Assembly (NCBI GenBank): GCA_963848135.1
Contig: CAWKCK010000017.1
Span: 1,282,538-1,346,537 of the forward strand
DNA from: an uncultured delta proteobacterium
GTDB lineage: Bacteria; Desulfobacterota; Desulfobacteria; Desulfobacterales; SG8-13
DNA: 64,000 nt
Direction of reading: 5' to 3'
The notes below the pieces were generated by a model that worked only from the letters and a program-made list of their open reading frames with translations, did not search any database and was not told where the DNA came from. The stretch's first letter is position 1; each line of letters starts with the position of its first letter. The position numbers were made by a program, and so were the translations under genes. Positions 10,397-22,191 of the stretch are shown here, piece after piece.

Positions 10397-10654
10397 ATGG
10401 CGAAAAAGAAAATCCAGCACTTGACCTCAGTCATTGCGTCCGTATTTTCTCACGCAGGTCACATTACCAAGGAAGACGCCAAAGAAATCAGTGGACTTGA
10501 CGACCATGAATTTGAAAACGTCTACGCAAAAGCTGCCGACATCACCGATAAAGTGATGCATACCGAAGGCGACAAAATGGAGACATTCCTGGCGCACGTT
10601 GCCAAAGAAATCGATGCCTATGTCGCCCACTATGGCGGCAAATTATTTGAATAG
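10397..10654 (+). CDS. Small hypothetical protein (85 aa)
   Basis: RBS aggagg before ATG at 10397; helical, His/acidic-rich; lies between SYLF paralogs. Confidence 0.7.
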   Translation: MAKKKIQHLTSVIASVFSHAGHITKEDAKEISGLDDHEFENVYAKAADITDKVMHTEGDKMETFLAHVAKEIDAYVAHYGGKLFE

Positions 10655-10746
10655 TTACAATCATCAGATCATGATTCTGAAAAATATTGATCTCTGTCAG
10701 TGAAAGTAAGAAAAAAATAAAAAAACCCCACCTTAGGAGGTTCACC

Positions 10747-11436
10747 ATGAATAAAATTCATAATATTTACAGGATAATGTTAACTTCTGCGTTGGTCGGT
10801 ATGCTGGCCATCGGCTTGACCCTACCTGCCAGCGCAGCCGAGGAACAGGCGTTAGTGGAAAAGGCGCGCATTACCTTCGAGAGCTTCATGGCCGATCCCA
10901 ACATGACCTGGCTGAAGGAAAACCTGCACACAGCGAAAGGGCTCGTGATCGTTCCCAGCCTGCTGAAGGCCGGTTTCGTCTTTGGCGGTTCCGGCGGCAG
11001 CGGAGTTATGATCGTACCGGATGCAAAAACCGGAAAATGGAGCGAACCGGCCTTCTATACCATCGGCTCGGTCAGTTTCGGTCTGCAGATCGGTGGCGAA
11101 GCCGCCGAAGTGATCATGTATGTCAGAACCCAAAAAGCCGTGGATAGGATGCTTACCTCCTCTGCAAAACTCGGTGGAGACACCTCGGTCTCGGTCGGTC
11201 CCATGGGGGTCGGGGCGAAATCGAATGTCGTGGTCGACATTTTTTCCTTCTCACGAAGCAAGGGCGCGTTTGCCGGTCTGGCTCTCGATGGATCTGTGGT
11301 GGCGACACGGGATGAATGGAACAAGAATTACTATGGCAAGCCGGTGACGCCGGTTGACATTCTTGTCAAACATGCTGTCAGCAACCCCGGGGCCGCCGGA
11401 CTCCGTGAGGCGGTGACCAAAGCCGCCAAAAAGTAA
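10747..11436 (+). CDS. Lipid-binding SYLF domain protein (paralog 2)
   Basis: KAGFVFGGSGGSG, WSEPAFY, FSRSKGAFAGLALDG; RBS aggagg; clearly similar to 9573-10274. Confidence 0.9.
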   Translation: MNKIHNIYRIMLTSALVGMLAIGLTLPASAAEEQALVEKARITFESFMADPNMTWLKENLHTAKGLVIVPSLLKAGFVFGGSGGSGVMIVPDAKTGKWSEPAFYTIGSVSFGLQIGGEAAEVIMYVRTQKAVDRMLTSSAKLGGDTSVSVGPMGVGAKSNVVVDIFSFSRSKGAFAGLALDGSVVATRDEWNKNYYGKPVTPVDILVKHAVSNPGAAGLREAVTKAAKK

Positions 11437-11639
11437 CCGGCTTTTTGAAATATTGGACGGAAATTTGAGAGCGCCCGAAACCGATGCCAAACACTTTTTA
11501 ACCCGGTATGGTGGCCTTAAATTTCCGTCCTTGTTTTATAAAATATAGAGTGGGTTACGCATTATATCAACTATAAATGGGCGTCCACTCTAAACTAACG
11601 ATCTATACCATACAAACTGACAGCGGTAATTAAGATAGG

Positions 11640-11951
11640 GTGAAAATCAACTCCAACAAAAAGCTTTGGCTCTTACTCTTGATGGCCATTTTGCTGCTTG
11701 GCAGCGGGCACTTGTCTGCGGTGACCGCTTTCACAGATCTGGAAGTGCTCAATTACAGGGCCTGCTTTGACGGCGTGCCGTTGCGGGAACATCCGGACAA
11801 TTTCGCGCCCCGAACGACCACAATCCCGGAGGGTACCCTTGTGAAAGTCGACATCCAGCGCGGAAACTGGCTCAGGATTATCTACAAGGTGCCCGCGGGT
11901 TATTTCATCGGTTGGTCTCTGGCCTCGATGATGTGCCCGGTAAATCAATGA
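11640..11951 (+). CDS. Small secreted protein, SH3b-like
   Basis: Signal peptide; VPLREHP...IPEGTLVKV...GNWLRI...GW pattern of bacterial SH3 domains. Confidence 0.6.
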   Translation: MKINSNKKLWLLLLMAILLLGSGHLSAVTAFTDLEVLNYRACFDGVPLREHPDNFAPRTTTIPEGTLVKVDIQRGNWLRIIYKVPAGYFIGWSLASMMCPVNQ

Positions 11952-12158
11952 CCGCGAGTAAAGCTGGATGATTATTATGTCGCAATCCATCGGTCATCTT
12001 TCAATATCCGGATCCAAATCTCTCGAACCCTTCGCATCAAAGGTCTATTTATTCATCTCGACTCCCGGATGATTCGCTACGGGTAAGGAGCGGTGTGTCT
12101 TCAAACCGGATTCACCCGGAAAGCCTCCAAGCGATCTTCCGTCGATTAGGATTGTAAA

Positions 12159-15100
12159 ATGACGCCGGATACCCGCAAAAAACTCGGAATTGTCTTGGGC
12201 ATCCTGCTGTTCATTCTGGCGGTTGGCGTATTTACAGTACCCCGGCTGATCGATCTGAATCACTATAATGCAACGATCGTCACCGCCATCGAAAAAGCCG
12301 TGGGGGGAAAAGCGCAATTGGGTCGGATCACCTGGGGCCTGAACGCCGGTCTCTGGCTCGAGGCCGACGGATTCTCCCTCAACGGATCCCCCGGCATTCT
12401 CAATGATGTTGCCATAAAACGCGTTCGTACCGTCATTTCCCTACTTCCGCTACTGGCAAGAAAAATCGTGATAAACGATCTGCTCCTGGAAGCGCCCGAG
12501 TTGAGCCTCAATCTGGCCGCAACCGGCACAGACGGGAGTGATGACATCGGAAAAATCACGTCAGCGGATCAAAAGGGAAAGCTGGAGACCAAATCCGATA
12601 AGGCCGGCCAACCGGGGGTGCCATCCCCTGTAGATTCTCTTCCTCCAAAATCGGCGAGAACGGAAACCAGCGCAGGCAAGCCGCGAAAGATTATGATAAC
12701 CGGGGTCACCATCAAGCAGGGTCGCCTAACGTTGAACGACGCGCGGACGCTGCCCCCCCAGACCATTGCGCACACCTTCACCGATATAACCGTAACGGCC
12801 GATTATGCTGAAACCAACCGGGCAATTACTTTCGAATTGTCACTTCGGGACGAAAACCAAAACGGCTTCGGATCTTTGGTCGCAAAAGGGTCGTTTATCG
12901 GGCTGACGGAACAGTTTACGATCGAAAGCCCCCAATTGACGGTCAATGCGGCGATCAAGGACCAAAATATCGCCGCCATCAAACCTTATTTGAAAAACGA
13001 TCAGCTGGCCGAACACATGGGTGGATCGGTTAGCTTTGAAATAGACTACACTGGTGATTTCAGTCCGACAGGGCAAGCGTCCGGGTCTATCGACCTGACC
13101 CATCTGACTTATACCGACCCATCCTTGTGGAATGCCCCGCTGCCAGGAAGCGGCAACCGAACTGATTTTCACTACAACGTTCACTCCGGACGAGCTTGTC
13201 GTTGATAAAGTCAATTTGAGCGTCGGAAAGATCACCGTCGACGGTCGATCCCGAATGGAAAACTGGAAGGTCGCGCCTGTCTTCAAGGATATCGTCGTGT
13301 CGGCCAATATTCCGCTGGCGAGTCTAACGTCTCTGGTTCCCTGGCAGCAAGTGGGAAAACAAGCAGATTTACTAAAAGAAATGCTGGCGGGCGGCGGTAC
13401 GGTAAAGGTTGAGAAAGCATCTTTGGTTGAACTCGACCCGGCCAAGCTCCCTGAAAATTTGGCCAACCTATGGGCACAAGTCGAATTAACGGCAGGGATC
13501 TCCGCGGTATCGGTGCAGCCATCACCAACGCTGCCGAAAGTGCCGAAAGCGAGCAACATCAGTGCCGCCATCCGGCTGACCGACGGGATCTTCGATATCG
13601 ATCACCTAACCGCCGACATTGCCGCGGTCAGCCTGCCGGAAATATCGGTACAGATCACCCAATTACCGCATCAACCCCTGATAGACGTGAAACTCAAAGG
13701 CCCTATAGAAGTCGTCGACAGTCCCGATGAGTCACTGCATAAACTGTTGCGTGGTTTTGGTTTCGACAAACTGGCCTTCACGGGCGACCTCGACCTCGCG
13801 GTACACCTGGAAACCGCTCAATCCAAACATTTTGGCATCGAAGGCACAGGGAGCGTGCGGGATGGCCTGGTAAAAACGTCCTATTCACCGGTTGTATTGC
13901 AAGGCCTCAATGCCGATGTCACCCTGGCATCCGATATGGCGACCGTTGCCAATCTCGTGACGACCGTCTTATTGCCGACCGCTAAGAAATCTTCTGCAAA
14001 GCCGGTTTCTCTGGCACTGCAGGGACAGCTCAAAAATTTGAATCGCCGCCCGTCGCTGAACCTGCAGAGCTTGAAAACCTCCCCGATCTCTCTGACGGCC
14101 CTGGCTGCAGTGATTCCATGGGAAACAGCTCGACGATGCGTCCAAAGTCGTCAAGGATATATTGAATGGTGGTGGTACCATTGAAATCAACCAGCTGTCT
14201 CTGCCATATATCGATCTGGCCGAACCGTTCAATGACCCTGCCAAACTGTTATCCGCCGCAAAAGGTTCCGTGAAGCCTGGCAGGGGTTACAGTGAGACCT
14301 GATCCCGTCACTTCCCGCGATCGAAAGCATCAGCGGACATCCACGCCTGGAAAAGGGTGTGCTCACAACGACGGACCTCAAAGCACGGATCGGACCACTC
14401 ACAACCCCAACAATGACCATTCGTGTCACCGATTTATGGGGTCAACCAAAATTTACGGCCACTGCCAAAGGGCCAATGCGTGTGGCCGGAACCGAGGATG
14501 CGTCCATCGAAAAAATTCTCGAGAATTACGGCCTCAAGAGTTTTGATGGAAACGCTAATGTCGATTTTGACGTTTTTTACGACCACGCCAACCCGAACCA
14601 ATGGTCAGTAAACGGCTCGGCCACACTCGAAGGGATCCAGGCTGTCACTTACCCAGCGGAAGTCCGTTTGAAAAACCTTCGGGGCCGAATTTCCTTATCG
14701 AAGCAAAAATCGCATGAATGGGTTTTTGAAAATCTGAGTGCGGAAATTAACGCAGCGCCCATCCGGTTGAATGGAAAGATTTCGGGCAATAGCACCACCG
14801 ACCTGGCCGTCGACCTGAAAGCCGAAACCCGGCAGTTGGATCTTGCGGCCATGAGCGAGTTGATTCCTTCCATGAAAGACCTCGGCCTGCGGGGAAAAAT
14901 CGACCTGGACATGGACATATATCTTCCCCATGAAGCGCCCTTGCAGAGCCGCCTGACAGGCAGGTTGACAACCGATCGGTTTGAGTTGCACCACAAAGAA
15001 GCCGCCATCACTGTCGAAGACATCAACGCAGATCTTGATTTTAGCGGCCGCTCGGCCAACATAAACCGCTTGACAATGCGCCTCAATCAACAACTGGTTA

Positions 15101-16155
15101 ATGTCAGCGGACAAATGAAACGCCCCGAAGAACCGGCACTCGACCTCGTGATCACCTCGCCCAACCTGGACATCGATCGGCTGTTGTTCGCCAAAGACTC
15201 CCAAGAAAAACCACCGGAGCAAAACCAAGACAGTCCAGCGGGAGTTACGACCGGAGATTCAAAGGCAGACCAAGCTTCTGAAACTAAAAAACCGCGTTTC
15301 CTGCGCCTATCTTCGGCCAACATTCGCCTCGAGGCGCAAAAGGGGCGTTTCAGAGGACAAGACGTGGAGGATTTACGCATCACGGCAGACTATGAGAAAG
15401 GCGTTATCAAGGACTATACGCTAGATTTTAATACCGGGGGCGGTCATGCGGCCGCCAGGGGCATGATCGATATGAGACACCCGGATCACATCGCATTTAT
15501 CGTCGAACCCGACATCAAATCAGTGCAGCTGCAAACAATCGTTTCGATTCTCGGAGCGGACAATTTCTCCACGAACGGTCCGTTGACGGCATCGGGTCAA
15601 TTGAGAGCCCGCACGGGGACTAACCGTGAACTGCTTTCCAGTCTCAACGGCAGCCTGAATGCTGAAATGGGGCAAGGCTTAATAACGGTGCGTGATTCTT
15701 TTGGAATATCGCTGGTTAAAATGTTGCGGTTCATGAGTTTCAAAAGAATTCTGAGCGTACACCTGGAACGAAAGTTGGAAGGTGATGGATTGCCATTTAA
15801 TAGCGCCAAAACGACAGCCACCATCGAGGACGGTCGGATAAATATAGATGCACTCGAATACGATGGTGCCTCTTTTACCTTCGATGCCGACGGTTCAATA
15901 GACCTGCCGGGCCACCAGCTAAAGGTAAATGCCAAAATGGCCGTGTTCGAGGCTATCGGTACGGCGCTGAAGTTTGTCCCCATTGTCGGCAAAGCCGCTG
16001 ACGCTGCCAGCAGCCTCTATTTTACCATCGACGGCTCCTTGGATGACCCAAGCGTGCGGATCAACCCTGCCAGAGGAGTCGTCAAAGGCACCGAAGAGAT
16101 CATCACGGCACCCGAAAGGGCGATAAAGGATATAATGAAATTTGACAAAGAGTGA
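12159..16155 (+). CDS. AsmA-family/AsmA_2 large envelope protein, split by at least 4 frameshifts
   Basis: N-terminal TM + IDLNHY...IEKAVG, SLLPLL; C-terminal VPIVGK...YFTIDGSLDDPSVRINP; frame switches near 13147, 14125, 14277, 14306. Confidence 0.8.
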
Positions 16156-16203
16156 TTCCCGTCGCCGTAAGGACCGATAGTAAATCTCTTCGAAAGATTG
16201 CTC

Positions 16204-16424
16204 TATAGTGGTTGTCATAAATATGTTCCGATTGGCGGTTATGTGCGACACTACAAAATCCCCCCTGGCCCCCCTTCATTAAGGGGGGAGAGCATCCGCG
16301 CCGGTATCCTTTCTTGTCGCAAGAGTTGTTTTGGAACCACCTTAATCCGTTCCCCCTTTGTAAAAGGGGGACAGGGGGATTTTAAGACTGCGACAATCGG
16401 AATAAACTTCTGACGTTCGCTATA
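16204..16424. mobile_element. MITE-like element, copy 1 (221 bp) with TATAG...CTATA ends and internal C/G-run hairpins
   Basis: Arms tatagtggttgtcataaatatgttccgatt / aatcggaataaacttctgacgttcgctata; inner aaaatcccccctg ... cagggggatttt; homologous copies at 27327 and 27948. Confidence 0.7.
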
Positions 16425-16474
16425 TAATCTCGGTCTGTCCCGGCAAGAGGATATTGCTCCAAAGGGACAGGTCT

Positions 16475-17653
16475 CTAATCCGCGACCACCTTTTTAACGT
16501 GGCGCCAGGAAAGAACCTGTGCATCAGAGCGTCGCTGGGAATCATCGCCGCCATACACAACGTAGCTTCGAACACGATGTGTCTTTCCCGCGTCTGTCAC
16601 GCGTTCAGAGAAGCGCTTGAGGTTCTTGAAATAGTCCGCGGTTGTGGTGGCGCCCGATTTGATCTCGACGGCTGCAAGTTCCTCGCCCTGCTCGACGAGC
16701 AGATCGATTTCCGGTCCGCGGGCCTCCCGATAGTGAAATAAATTAGGCTGCACGCCGCTGTGCACCCAGGCTTTGTAGATTTCGGAGACCACCCAGCTTT
16801 CGAAAATTGCACCGCGCATGGGGTGGAGGCAAAGTTGGCCCGGTTCGCGGATACCCAACAGGTAACACGCCATTCCACTGTCGAAAAAATGCAGTTTAGG
16901 TGCTTTGACGACCTGCTTGCGGATGTTGGCATGCCATGCCGGCAGTCGATGGACGATGTAGCTGGTTTCCAAAACGGACAGCCAGGCGCGCGCCGTATTG
17001 TGCGTCACCCCGGCATCGTTGCCAAGTGCCGAAAGATTAATTTCCTGGGCTGTACGCCCGGCACAGAGTTTGAGGAACCCGCTGAAGGTTTGCAGGTCAC
17101 CGATATTGATGACCTGCCGAACGTCACGTTGCACATAAGTGGTAATGTAGTCCGCCAACCATTGGTGGGCCGGGATTTCGCGATCATAAATTCTGGGATA
17201 AGCACCTTGCCAGAGCAGAGGGAACAGGTCGGCAGGTGCGGTCGGAAAGGCGCGCAGTTCTTCCAGACTGGGTGGCAACAGCACCAGGATGCCGCAGCGC
17301 CCTGCCAGGGTCTGGGAAATGGAATGCGATAACCCAAAATGCTGCGAACCGGTCAAAATGAAGCGACCCGGTTCCGAACGGTCGTCAATGTCACTTTGCA
17401 TATAGCTGAGAAGTTCAGGAACATGTTGGATTTCATCGATAATGGCGCCATCGGCGTACTCAGCCAGAAATCCCCGTGGATCGCTACGGGCAAAATCGCG
17501 CATATCCAGTGACTCGAGCGACACATAACGTTTGTCCGGGTATGCCATCCGGCAAAGGGTGGTCTTGCCCGATTGCCGTGGCCCTGTAACCAACACAGCG
17601 GGGTAATAACCCGCCATTTCGTGCAGTTTCTTTTCGAGGGTGCGTGGAATCAT
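16475..17653 (-). CDS. AAA+ ATPase with DUF4143 and C-terminal PD-(D/E)XK-like domain
   Basis: Walker A GPRQSGKT, IIDEIQ, FILTGS, KAPKLHFFDSG, EIDLL...VEIKS. Confidence 0.92.
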   Translation of the reverse strand: MIPRTLEKKLHEMAGYYPAVLVTGPRQSGKTTLCRMAYPDKRYVSLESLDMRDFARSDPRGFLAEYADGAIIDEIQHVPELLSYMQSDIDDRSEPGRFILTGSQHFGLSHSISQTLAGRCGILVLLPPSLEELRAFPTAPADLFPLLWQGAYPRIYDREIPAHQWLADYITTYVQRDVRQVINIGDLQTFSGFLKLCAGRTAQEINLSALGNDAGVTHNTARAWLSVLETSYIVHRLPAWHANIRKQVVKAPKLHFFDSGMACYLLGIREPGQLCLHPMRGAIFESWVVSEIYKAWVHSGVQPNLFHYREARGPEIDLLVEQGEELAAVEIKSGATTTADYFKNLKRFSERVTDAGKTHRVRSYVVYGGDDSQRRSDAQVLSWRHVKKVVAD

Positions 17654-17674
17654 TAAGCTCAACCTGCCACACTA

Positions 17675-17709
17675 TTCATAAATTGTCAATTGTAATGACA
17701 AATTATGAA
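17675..17709. promoter_or_regulatory. Palindromic operator upstream of the DUF4143 ATPase
   Basis: ttcataaattgtca-N7-tgacaaattatgaa (13/14 inverted match) 22 nt upstream of the ATG. Confidence 0.55.
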
Positions 17710-18079
17710 AGTTACGGACCGGCAGCCCTAAAGAGCTCTTATCCAAGTTTGAAGGATAGCGTTTCCATCTATTTAAGGTGTACATGCAAACAATCGGGTT
17801 CTAAGATATACTATTGCATAGATTGTAAATATTCAGTAAAAAAATTTTTGCACATTATATCTATTAAACTCACTCAATATATATTATTTATATTGACTAT
17901 CTGGTTTCCGAGGCGTTTTCTATGTTAAATTTTGAGTGGTGAAGAAAGGGACGAGCTGCGAAAGCAATCCAGTCTGATCTCCCCTTCCGCTCCGAATTCT
18001 ACAGATCTCCTAACGGGTTCAATCCAAACACGACTCTCATGGGGATACCTTTATAAAAATCGTGGACAGATTCTTGCGC

Positions 18080-21000
18080 ATGCGACGAATTGAAAAAGTG
18101 ATTCTTTCTGGTAATACTGGCCTGGCTGGCGGCTGGTACATTTGCGTATGCTGCAGACGTGCAAGATGCAAAACCGAAGCGGGTTTTGGTAATTCTTAAC
18201 CGTGCAGATCTGCCGTGGCTAAACATTCTATCTCAAAGCCTGCAGGCGACCCTGCAGGCAATATCTCCTTACCCTGTCGATCTGCACATCGAATACACCG
18301 ACCAGGGACGCTATCCCGATGACATCTACCTCCAAAAGCTGACCGAATTATATCGCCTCAAATATGTCGATGCCCCAATGGACTTGGTCATCGGCGTGGG
18401 GGATGAGGTTGCAGATATGCTGGTTGAATACGGAGTGCGGTTATTCGGAGAAATTCCGATGATCATCATCTCTGCCAATCCAAAAACCCTGCAGCGAGAT
18501 TTCTTGAAACCTAACATGACGTCTCTTTTATGGGGCGCTGATATCCAAGGCAACGTCACTCTTATTGAAGAATTGATGCCCAATACCCGCAGGCTCTTTA
18601 TCGTTTCGGGTAGCTCTTTATCCGACCGCGAAGTGCAAAAATTGGCGCAGACAAGTTTGCGCGAGTATCAGGGACCACTCGAAATCAATTATATCGATGA
18701 TGACAGCCAAGCGGCGCTGCTTGAAAAAGTGGCCCAGCTGCCGGAAAACGCGGCGCTGCTTTATTTGGTCTTCAACCGTGATGCCAAGGGCGCCGCCTTC
18801 GTTTCGCGCGAGATGTTGTCTGCTATTTCCGCAAAAGCCAATGCACCCGTATTCGGTATTCTTGAAACCTATCTCGGGTTCGGCATCGTTGGCGGCAGCC
18901 TGCTCAGCGCCGAGGTTCAGGGGCGAAGGTGTGCTGAAGTTGCCGCACGCATCATGAGCGGCGTATCGCCCAAGGATGTCCATCCCGAACACGTTCTCAA
19001 TCATTTAATGTTCGATTGGCACCAGCTGAAACGCTGGAAAATCCCAGAGGATCGGCTCCCCCCCGGCAGCATCATTCGGTTTAAAACCCCCTCATTCTGG
19101 GACCTCTACCGCTGGTACGTCATAACCGCCATTTTTATTGTTCTTGTTCAAGGCGGCCTGATCTCTTTTCTGTTGAGACAACGGACGCTGCGCCACTATG
19201 CTCAGGCCGATCTTGCAGAACGATTGCGCTTTGAAAAGACGCTGTCCGCAGCTTTCGGCCCGTTTCGTGAATTTGCCCCCGGACCGGGTGGAATCACAGA
19301 TAGCGCACGAATTGAAAATACTCGCTAAATTCTTCGAGGTGGATCGGGTCACGGTATTTGAGATTTCAGAAATCGACCAAAGGCTGCATACCGTCCACTC
19401 GTTTACCAGATCCAATGTCGCACCGGCACCGTCGCAGATCGAATTCCACCGGCTCACCTGGGCCCAAAAAAAGCTATTCAACGGGGAAATGGTCATTTTT
19501 TCCGATCCAGGAGAATTGCCGCCAGATGCCGTTGCGGAGAAAGAATTCCTCCAGTCTCAAGGCGTCCGATCGGCAGTTGTGGTCCCCCTCAAGGCGGACC
19601 AGTCGACGCTGGGTTTACTGACCCTGACGATGCTGAGACGTCCCAAAGAATGGCAGCGAGATCTGACGCCTCGATTGGGTCTGGTGGCCGAGGTCTTCGC
19701 CAACGCCTTGGCTCGCAAACGGCATCAAATAGCCCTTTTGCAAAGCAAAAATTTCAATCGATCGATACTCGATTCTCTGAATTACCAAATAGCCGTGTTG
19801 GACCATGGGGGAAACATACTTGACGTCAATGAAAGCTGGAGGAAGTTTGCCAGTCAAAACGATGCGAAATCTCTGGATCGAATCGGTACCGGCCTCAACT
19901 ATATCGACGTTTGCCGTGAAAGCGCTTGTGCTGGTGACACGCTGGCTCAAACCGCACTGGAAGGGATACAAACCGTGTTAGACGGAAAACGGGCGCAATT
20001 TATGTTGGATTATCCCTGTGATTCGCCGGTCGAAGAGCGCTGGTTTTCGATGCGGGTGATCCCGTTTTCAGGGCGCAAAGGCGGGGCCATCGTTTCCCAT
20101 ATCGACATCACCGACCGCAAACAGGCGGAAAGCGATTTGCGCAAAGCCTACACGAAGATCGCGGGGCTGAAAGACCAGCTGGAAGCCGAAAGCGCTTACC
20201 TCCAGGAGGAAATCAAGCTGGAGCGCAATTTCGAGAGTATCATCGGCACCAGTGCCGCTATAAAATACGTTCTCTACAAAGTGGAGCAAGTCGCCGCCAC
20301 CGATACCACGGTTCTGATTCTTGGCGAAACCGGTACCGGTAAAGAACTGGTGGCCCGGGCCATCCACAACGATAGTGCGCGCAAGACCCGCGCCCTGGTG
20401 AAAGTGAACTGTGCCACCCTGCCGTCAAACCTCATCGAAAGCGAGCTGTTCGGCCATGAGCGCGGCGCCTTTACGGGGGCCCAGACCCGGCATATCGGTC
20501 GCTTTGAAGTCGCCGAAGGCAGCACCATATTTCTGGATGAGATCGGTGAATTGCCTTTGGAGCTGCAGACCAAGCTGCTGCAGGTGATTCAGGACGGGGA
20601 GTTCTCACGTTTGGGCAGCACCCGGACGATCAGGGTCAATGTCCGGGTGATTGCCGCCACCAACCGCGACCTGGAAGCGGAGGTTCGCGAGGGCCGTTTC
20701 CGGGAGGATCTGTTCTACCGCTTGAATGTTTTTCCAATTACGGTGCCGCCGCTGCGGGACCGCATGGAGGACATTCCCCTGCTTGCGCTATTTTTCACCG
20801 AAAAAGTGTCCAAAGGGGTGGGTAAGTCCATCGTACAAATCCCGCATAGCGTTATGAAAACCATGCAGGATTATCCCTGGCCCGGTAATGTACGCGAACT
20901 GCAAAACGTGATCGAGCGGGCGGTCATCAACAGCTCGGGACCCAAGCTGCGCTTGGCGGATGATCTCACCGAGCCGGCGCATAAAGCGATGCCGAACCAT

Positions 21001-21159
21001 CTGAGAACGCTTCAAGATATCGAAATCGACCACATCACCCGGGTGCTCGAGGAAACCGGCTGGCGCATCGAAGGCCCCAAAGGCGCGGCCGTGATCCTGG
21101 ACATCAATCCTTCCACCCTCCGCACCCGCATGCGCAAGCTGGGAATTAAGAAACCATAG
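18080..21159 (+). CDS. Membrane-anchored sigma54-dependent activator (periplasmic binding-protein-like sensor, TM, GAF, PAS, AAA+, Fis HTH); two frameshifts
   Basis: [35 protein letters not shown]-terminal signal peptide and TM ([12 protein letters not shown]); frame switches near 18105 and 19249. Confidence 0.85.
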
Positions 21160-21160
21160 A

Positions 21161-21605
21161 TCAATTCACCAGCGACGCGGGGTCGGCATGGAATGGATTG
21201 GTTACTCTCAGACTTCCAAACTCTTGATCTGCTTGCAGGTCTTCCGTGAGCAGATAGCGACAATCAGCCAACTGAGCAGCAGAAACAACCAGGGAATCCC
21301 ACCAGGAAAGTTGACACCTGTCCTGAATCAGCCATGCATTTTCCAAAACACGGTCGTTTACCACGATGGGGCGCCAGGCCAGCAAGGCGCGAACATCCTT
21401 TCGAGCATTTTCCGGATCAAGACCCGGTTGCAGTTTAGCGGTAACGGTTACGTAAAACTCCTGCAAAACCTGATAGCTCAATATACCCGTCTTGGTGCTG
21501 CCAGAGATGAGCCATCCAGGCCATGGCTTGCGCCTGCTTATGCGGCTCGGAAGCGTCACTGCTGTAAACAAGAACGTTAGTGTCAACGAAGACCTTTGCG
21601 GTCAT
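21161..21605 (-). CDS. vapC: PIN-domain (VapC-like) toxin; one frameshift near 21499
   Basis: MTAKVFVDTNVLVY in one frame joins SYQVLQEFY...SWWDSLVVSAA...LLTED in the next. Confidence 0.85.
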
Positions 21606-21826
21606 AAAGCGCCTCGCGCACGGGTAACTTTTCTCCCTGAGTTTTTCAACACTTTGGGTGATTGTGACAGATATTGCTGCATCGCAATCTGATAGTTTTG
21701 CTCTTCGAGCATTTTTTCGCGAAGCAACTCGCCGACCAGGCGTGAGACACTCGTGTTTTCTTTAGCCGCCATGATCCGCGCCCAGCGGGCCACTTCCTCC
21801 TCGAGTGTGATCGTTACGTTTTTCAT
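21602..21826 (-). CDS. RHH/CopG-type antitoxin (VapB-like)
   Basis: MKNVTITLEEEVARWARIMAA...SVSRLV; overlaps toxin start; alternate-frame tail GEKLPVREALYDRKGLR* (stop at 21583) suggests a +1 error near 21636. Confidence 0.85.
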   Translation of the reverse strand: MKNVTITLEEEVARWARIMAAKENTSVSRLVGELLREKMLEEQNYQIAMQQYLSQSPKVLKNSGRKVTRARGAL

Positions 21827-21832
21827 GACAAT

Positions 21833-21861
21833 AAATTAGTGCAACACGAAAGTCGTGTCAA
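21833..21861 (-). promoter_or_regulatory. sigma70 promoter of the TA operon with overlapping palindromic operator
   Basis: TTGACA-N17-TAATTT ending 6 nt before the ATG; palindrome ACACGA-aag-TCGTGT at 21844-21858. Confidence 0.7.
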
Positions 21862-21943
21862 GAAAAATGGTAAGTGATTCTTTGAAATGACCTTTACAGA
21901 AATGGTTCTAAACATATTCCGTATTGAATGAAGACATAGTTAT

Positions 21944-21979
21944 TTCCGCGGTATCCCACGGTTCCTCGGTATCCCACGG
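21944..21979 (+). promoter_or_regulatory. Tandem 18-bp quasi-palindromic repeat, candidate enhancer (UAS)
   Basis: ttccgcggtatcccacgg + ttcctcggtatcccacgg, ~100 bp upstream of a -24/-12-like element. Confidence 0.55.
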
Positions 21980-22077
21980 AAAATCTCATCCTGCCAAACA
22001 CTCTCCAAAATCCTATCATATTTAATTCTAATAATAATATCAATTATATATAAAAAATGCGGTGCTATTTTCGCTAT

Positions 22078-22092
22078 TGGTATGAATCTTGG
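22078..22092 (+). promoter_or_regulatory. Non-canonical sigma54 (-24/-12)-like promoter
   Basis: TGGTAT-GAATC-TTGG: correct spacing but GG instead of GC at -12; preceded by an AT-rich tract. Confidence 0.4.
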
Positions 22093-22191
22093 AATCTGGT
22101 TATCATAAAAGCCGTTTCGTTCTTTAACCCATGTCACGAATTTTTCATGCGGGCTAAATCCATGACATGGTTTCCAGAATAGGGAAATCGA

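Noticed and set aside
11546..11592. tagagtgg...ccactcta inverted repeat as a member of the MITE family
   Set aside because: Only 8 bp match and no similarity to the ttgtcat/ttccgatt arms; single copy in the window.
21944..21979. CRISPR array
   Set aside because: Only two adjacent 18-bp units with no spacer; no cas genes. No repeat-spacer array was seen anywhere in the window.
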